In this document: positions 43,672 through 64,000 of the stretch, in pieces | Numbering within the stretch: the stretch's first letter is position 1 | Layout: every line of letters begins with the position of its first letter | Assembly: GCF_009914755.1 (NCBI RefSeq) | Contig: NC_060943.1 | Length of the DNA: 64,000 nt | Strand: one strand, 5' to 3' | From: the human T2T-CHM13v2.0 reference genome, Homo sapiens | Made by a program: the position numbers and the translations under genes | Notes under the pieces: model-generated | What the model was told of the DNA's origin: nothing | What the model saw: the letters and a program-made list of their open reading frames with translations, nothing else | Database searches by the model: none

Positions 43672-44835
43672 CTAAACAAATAAAATTGTTCTGAACACTG
43701 CAATAATCAATAAAATGAGAAGAACCAATAGGAAGGTTAAAAACTGGATGACGGAATTGGAACATAAAACTGGAGAGGCCCACCTAGGTTAATTGTATAG
43801 GGGCAAATATAGTGACCATAGGGAAAAGAAATAGTAAGAAGTTGAGGTTAAATATGGTATAATAAATACATGAGTTTAGCTCAGATTCTATCCAAAAGTG
43901 CACAAATATGGTATCATTTAAAAGGCATAAACCAACGAAGACAAAGACCATAACAGACAACAATGGATGATAGATGTAAACATAATTTTAGCAGATGGAA
44001 GAAGATGAAAGGACTATTATCTAACAGAAGAACCGAGAACGCTAAAACCCATGTGCCTGCAGACGAAGATGTCAAAAAGCAAGTTCCTACTATATAACTA
44101 AAGAAAGGCTGAGAAATTAGAGAAGTCATGCACCATGAAAGGTGGGAATGAACAGGGGCCCTAAAAAATAACAAAATTGAATGGAAGTCTGTAAGGCAAA
44201 CAATTGCCTGCACTGTGCAATGAGGTACCTATCACTCCCAAGAGAAGATGGGAAGACTACTCTCTGCTTCTGGAGAAATGGAACCAGATAGACTCTAGAG
44301 TCAGGGACACCAGGCAGAAGACTACAGGGAACCTAAACTGGCTCAAACAAGGATATCAAGCAAAAGTTTACGTACTTAATAAGGCTGAGATGTTCAGTTC
44401 CCTATTGCTGCTTACTTCCAATAGGAAAATGGAAATTTTTCTCCTCTCTGCCAGCATCTGTTATTTTTTGACTTTTTAATAATGGCCATTATGACTGTTG
44501 TGAGATGGTATCTCATTATGGTGATTTGGATTTCTCTAACAATCAGTGATATTGAACTTTCTTTCATAAGCTTCTTGGCCATATTTATGTCTTGAAAAGT
44601 GTCTGTTCATGTCCGTTTAATAGGGCTGTTTTTTTCTTGTAAATTTAAGTTCCTTATAGATGCTGGATATTAGGACTGTGTCAGATGCATAGTTTGCAAA
44701 TATTTTCTCCCATTCTGTAGGTTGTATGTTTACTGATAGTTTACATAAATGATAATCTTGACTAAATATATTACAACGAATATACAAAAAGATAATAAAT
44801 TAAAATCTACAAATCAATAATTCAAAATAGAAACA

Positions 44836-48146
<3,311 letters not shown>

Positions 48147-49957
48147 TATAAATGCATGAGGAAGAATCATTGAGAAAACAGAAAGGGTATAAAATTTTAC
48201 CAGCAGAACCAAGGAAATAATTGGAAGAGAAAAAGAAAACCACCATTGAAATGAAGAATATTATGGTGCGGGGGGAATAGAACTTTCACCATTAGAATTA
48301 CGGTACAGCAATGTCACACTGCAAAACAAGGTAATGGATAAGACAGACATTCTGATGCATCACTGGGTCTACAGGACATAGCACAAACCTCCAAGAATAC
48401 CTCTCTACCCACCTATCCCACACAAAAAATAAACAATAGGAAAACAAGCAACTGTTAGCTAAAATCAGAGAACACTACAAATAATTTCATACCAAAACAT
48501 TTGAAAATACAGATGAAACAAATTTTCAAATATAATAGATGATCCTGGAATATCAATGTGTGGTAACTTTTTACAGATACAGAGGAAATTTTAATATTTA
48601 TGGAAGTTACTTTGTCAACTCTGAAAATTTGAAGACTAGAATTAAGTGGGTAATTTCATGGAAAAATACAACCTATTATCAAAAACTAATGCCAAAAGAC
48701 AAAAATATATTTACATACACATAGGATAGTTATAAAAGGAAAAATGAAAAGAGTTGTCAAGGAAACTTCCCTCAGAAATACACAAGGTCGAAATAGTTCA
48801 ACAGGTAACATCTACCAAATTTTCTAGGGAGTTTTAACACTAATGCTATATAAATGCTCTAGAGCATGAAGGAAAGCTTCCAAATTCTATTTATAAAACC
48901 AGTCTAACATTGACATTAAAAACTTTAAAAGTATAAACAATTATTTAAATTCATAGCAAACATAAGAGGATGAGTCATTATTGAGAAATATCTAAACATA
49001 ATTGAACCATATACATTTTAAAAATTGTGATAATCTCCTATAGGAACAGATTGTTTTAACTACATGAATTATTTTAAAAAGTCGAGGTGGCAAAAAAGTA
49101 CTTCAACGAGGAATAATCTCTTTGGGAAAAAAACACAAGAAAAACATATGACAGATGATGTGCCAATCAGCTCAATATGTTAAGAGTTCATACAAATTAA
49201 GAACTTGACAGAAACAAGGGCAAAGGATACCAACTGTTTATTAAAACAAAGAAATATAGATTGGAAACATGAAAAGATGCTTGCCTTCACTCATCATAAA
49301 GGAAATGTAAATTCAAGCTATAATTAGCTACCATTTTTCACCTCAGTTTGGCAACGATTTTTTTAAATGCTAACAGACTACACTGGTTGAAGTTACTGGT
49401 GGAAATATAAATTATTACAGTCTCTTTGGAGGGCAAAAATGACTTTATAAAATTCAAAATACGTGTATATGGACATATATATGTATATGTATATATGTAT
49501 ATGTGGGTATATATAGATGCACACCTACATTACATACACTTGCATATGTACATGACAAATATATCAGAAAATGGGAGCTACCAAAAAATCAGCACTGACT
49601 TAAAACTTTTATTGAAATAAAGGGTGGTAGTGATTATTGAAGTATGAGAGTAAAACCTAAAAATACAGTGGGAAGTATGACTGTACGACATTTCAGACAT
49701 TTACAATGGAAGAAAGAAGAGAAAGTAAGGGACTATAAATGTCAGTAGGTTTGATTTAACAACTGCAAATTAGTGAATGTATGCAAAAAGAAAGGATCCT
49801 GTATATGAGGGTGGATGGTACTCCCGAAGATGCTAATAATAGAATGAATATCAAAGTAAGCCTGGAAACTTATTAGGAAAGGTTGGTATCTAGCACACAG
49901 GTAAGAAAGCCAACCAGATCTCTAAGTTCTGAGGAAAGAAATTAAGAATGGTATCTA

Positions 49958-50610
<653 letters not shown>

Positions 50611-50659
50611 ACACATACACACACAAAAGGTCTACATGCTTTCTGAAAATATATATATA

Positions 50660-51260
<601 letters not shown>

Positions 51261-51364
51261 TCTGAAAATATCTTTGAAGAATATTTTAGAGGGATCAACC
51301 ATTCACTGATTAATCATTAATAGGCCCTGACCTCTCCTCACCTGTCTGGTTCCCTTCCACTAAC

Positions 51365-51460
51365 CTTGCCAGTGTCTCCTTAATACTTCTTCCTCCATCA
51401 CCCATGGTTCTTCTTCTTGCTCCAATTTGAAAATCACATCAGGTTTGGTGAACGGATAGC
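51365..51460 (-). CDS. ZNF569: KRAB-B exon
   Basis: Minus-strand tttgacag| acceptor, AAG|gttagt donor; 96 bp; (G)YPFTKPDVIFKLEQEEEPWVMEEEVLRRHWQ. Confidence 0.92.
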
Positions 51461-51680
51461 CTGTCAAAGGGAAGTTACATAGATTTGGGCATACATACTA
51501 GGAACAAAGAACCACCCAAAAATTGAGGCTGGCCCAGGAAAACCAGGCTAAAGGACAAGAAAATGTGGCTTCGGGGGTTCTGTCCCCTTTTGCTCTGAAA
51601 ACTGCAGCATGGACATTCACATGAGCAAAAGCATCCCAAGGCCAAGCTCACTCTAATATTTAAAAGGTCCATGTATTTCA

Positions 51681-51968
<288 letters not shown>

Positions 51969-52530
51969 TTATTAAAAAAGCCCATCATATTAGCAGCATC
52001 CTGTCATTTATGTTCATTCACTGATTAGCAAGCACATGTCTTTAATATCTACCATGAGTTAAAGGGGAGATTTTAGGTACCAATTTATATTGAGTGTGAA
52101 AGAAACATAAAAATAAAACTTTAACCAAGTTAAGTGGTTTGAGATCTCACAAGATACCAAAGGCAGGAAAAAATGAAAGCAAGGCTTAGATGGAAGCAGA
52201 AGCAGGGGACAGAATGATAGGTGAAATCTGTGGTATGGTGGGACATGCAACTGGAGATAGCCACTGATTTAGCAGTTGGATGTATTGTTCATGAGATCAG
52301 GAGAAATCCACATTGGAAATGAAGATTTATGGGTCATCAGCCTGTAGTATGTGTCTGCAGCCATGAAAATGGGATCTGATTGTTCAAATAGTTTACATGT
52401 ACTGGAAAAGGGGCCACAGATAGAATCTCAGAGACAACCATGAAAAAACACATGCCCTGATGACAATTTGTTTTTTAATGGTCAGAAATAGAATTATAAC
52501 TGAAACTGTGTATTTAAAAAGCTGTAGAAT

Positions 52531-52839
<309 letters not shown>

Positions 52840-53721
52840 TCAAAAAAACTGGTGAACTTCTTAAAGGCAATGTGATTTGAATATAGAAATCTAATGCACT
52901 CTTCCTAGTTCAAAACAGAAATGCCCAAACGTATATGAACATAAGAAAAAATCTTAAATAGCACTCAGCCTGGAAAAAAGGGAGCAATCCATATTTCCTA
53001 CTGTTTCAGGAATTTCTACCAGAAACTAGGTGAGAAAAAAGAAAGTCTCCAATAGCTCGTTCACAATGTATCTAAGAATTTGTTTCTAGGTCCTAAAAGG
53101 AACTTATGAGCATGAACATCCATTAACACTAAGGGCTCAGAGAAAGCTGTGGTACTGATGGGAGATCAGCTCCTGAAAGCCCTTCCTGCTGAAAATCATG
53201 ATGCTTGCAATAAACATGTTCAAGAAGCAAAAGGCAAAGTGTCAGAGGAAAAAAACCCTGAAATCCAGGGGTTTTTAATATTTCCCCTCATCTGGGAGGA
53301 AGATCCAAATAAGCCTGGATAAAGCATTTGGTGAGGAAGTGGGACTGAGGAGAAAGCATGATGTGGAAATCTGGCCCTGGTATAATAGTTTCACCAATTA
53401 CAGGGAAGAACATGAGCACATAAGAAACACACTCTTGCTGGGACTACCTCAGCTGCAGACTTTTTCCTCAGGAAGTTGTATTTTCTTCAGGAGGTCAGAT
53501 CATTAAACTAGTAAATAAATTTTAAAAATCAGCACCAAAGATTTTACAAGAAAATCCTAATTGCCCCTAGCTCAAGAGTGAGAGAATCCCAAAAGAAATC
53601 ATTAAAATACATTTGAAGAAAATACTTGGGAAAAAGAATTTAGTAAATGCAAAAACAGAAACAATTTAAAGTGAAAAATTTAGAACTTACATATACACAA
53701 ATCTCCATATTTAAAAGCTGG

Positions 53722-54470
53722 AGCTAGGCGCGGTGGCTCACGCCTGTAATTCTACCACTTTGGGAAGCCGAGGTGGGAGAACTGCTTGAGGCTAGTTCAA
53801 GGCCAGTCTGGGCAACATAGCAAAACCTCATCTCTACAATAAATGAATGAATGAATGAATGAATGAATGAATGCCGTGTATGGTGGTGCGTGGCTATAGT
53901 CCCAGCTACTTGGGAGGCTGAGGTGGGAAGACTGCTTAAGCCTGGGAGTTTGACTGCAGTGAGCCATGATCTCACCACTGCATTAGAGCAGCCTGGGCAA
54001 TAGAACAAGACCCTGTCTCTTAAAAAAAAAAAAAAAAAAAAAGCTGATAGTTTAAGAAGAATGAATTAGGCAAATGTTTAGTAAGTTTAAGGAAGAAAAA
54101 TAAACATCCCAAATTAGGAAAAAACATTAAAACTAATTGATATTTAAAGTAGTATATATCTGTGGTTGAATTTTTTTTTTTTTTTTTGAGATAGAGTCTC
54201 GCCCTGTTGCCCAGGCTGGAGTGCAGTGTGGCGTGATGTTGGCTCTCTACAACCTCCGTCTCCTGGATTCAAGTGATTCTCCTGCCTCAGTCTCCCAAAT
54301 AGCTAGAACTACAGGCGTGCGCCACCACACCCAGCTAATTTTTGTATTTTCAGTAGAGACGGTGTTCCCATGTTGGCCAAGCTGGTCTCTAACTCCTAAC
54401 CTCAAATGATCTGCCTGCCTCGGCCTCCCAAAGTGCTGGGATTACAGGTGTGAGCCACCACACCCAGCCT
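53722..54470. mobile_element. AluJ (+, 53722-54042, (GAAT)n in linker) and AluS (-, 54171-54470)
   Basis: Alu consensus. Confidence 0.92.
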
Positions 54471-55299
54471 GAAATTTTTAAATTCATAATGAAATGAATA
54501 GGTTAAAGGGAAACATAAGCCTAAGACTGATCTTAAAAAAAAGAAGAAAATCCCAACAGTGCAATACTATAGCACCCACTGTTATTCTTCTATTCCAATA
54601 TTTATTCTGTCTTCCCAATTTCTGGCCAGGCACATGGTCTGCTGAAATAAGTATTAATATGTTTATATGATAATGTTCTGGACAGTGAGATGAAAGGACT
54701 GCATGCAACTGCTGATAAGTGAACATAAAGGCACGAGGTATACCATTTCTCCTAAGCTTCTACCTTCCTGTAGACTGGTAAGTCAATGCGACTTACCAGA
54801 GTCGAGAGCAAACAGAGCCATTTGAGATAATAAGGCAGAAGCCAACAACCAAGAATGGCAGAGCAATGAAGGAGAAAGAGTTTCGTTCTCTGCCCTTTGG
54901 AGCTACAGGACCAGCCTTGAACTTCAATATGAGAGACAAATAAACTTATGTCTTGTTTAAGCAAAGGTTATCTGGGCTTTCTATCACAGGCAGTCAAGTG
55001 TAATACTAACAGATTAATATGTTCATGCCAGATCTGGCCATCCTTTGGCAGCTATGAAGGGATGGTGCTCGAATCCTCTTTAAGGGAATCCACTGTGAGA
55101 AGCATAGTTGGCAAACAGCCTCCAGCTGCTCCACTTTCATGCTGAGGTCATGACACCCCAACACTGCTTCCAGCCACAGGCTCAGCATAGTGAGGCTATT
55201 AAAGTCTGGACTATTACACTTGATATGGTTTTCCTCTAGTGGGAAAGCTTTGGTCAGCAACTCCCCTTTGGCCTGGCTGAGACTTTCTCACAACTTCAG

Positions 55300-64000
<8,701 letters not shown>

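Overview
Primate (almost certainly human) genomic DNA from a KRAB-zinc-finger cluster. The two proteins match my recollection of ZNF527 (+ strand) and ZNF569 (- strand), which points to 19q13.12; no database search was run. The genes converge. Each shows a 127-bp KRAB-A exon, a 96-bp KRAB-B exon and a large zinc-finger exon (11 and 18 intact C2H2 fingers). I did not find the start-codon exons in the window. The rest is mostly interspersed repeats: about 40 Alus, L1s of several ages, L2/MIR, a two-LTR MST-type MaLR provirus, a near-full-length Tigger1, MER2/3/5/33, a MADE1 and an LTR7-family (HERV-H) solo LTR. I see no convincing new biological system. The most notable items are a head-to-head Alu pair with swapped target-site duplications and shared private variants, an orphan CpG-rich KZFP-like promoter/first exon between the genes, an LTR poly(A) signal between inverted Alus downstream of the ZNF527 stop, fossil fingers past both stop codons, a 7-finger internal duplication in ZNF569, a young/old L1 chimera, a tail-less Alu with TSDs, and an LTR7 nested in an Alu within an L1. 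Repeat boundaries and subfamily names were assigned by eye from remembered consensus sequences and are approximate.
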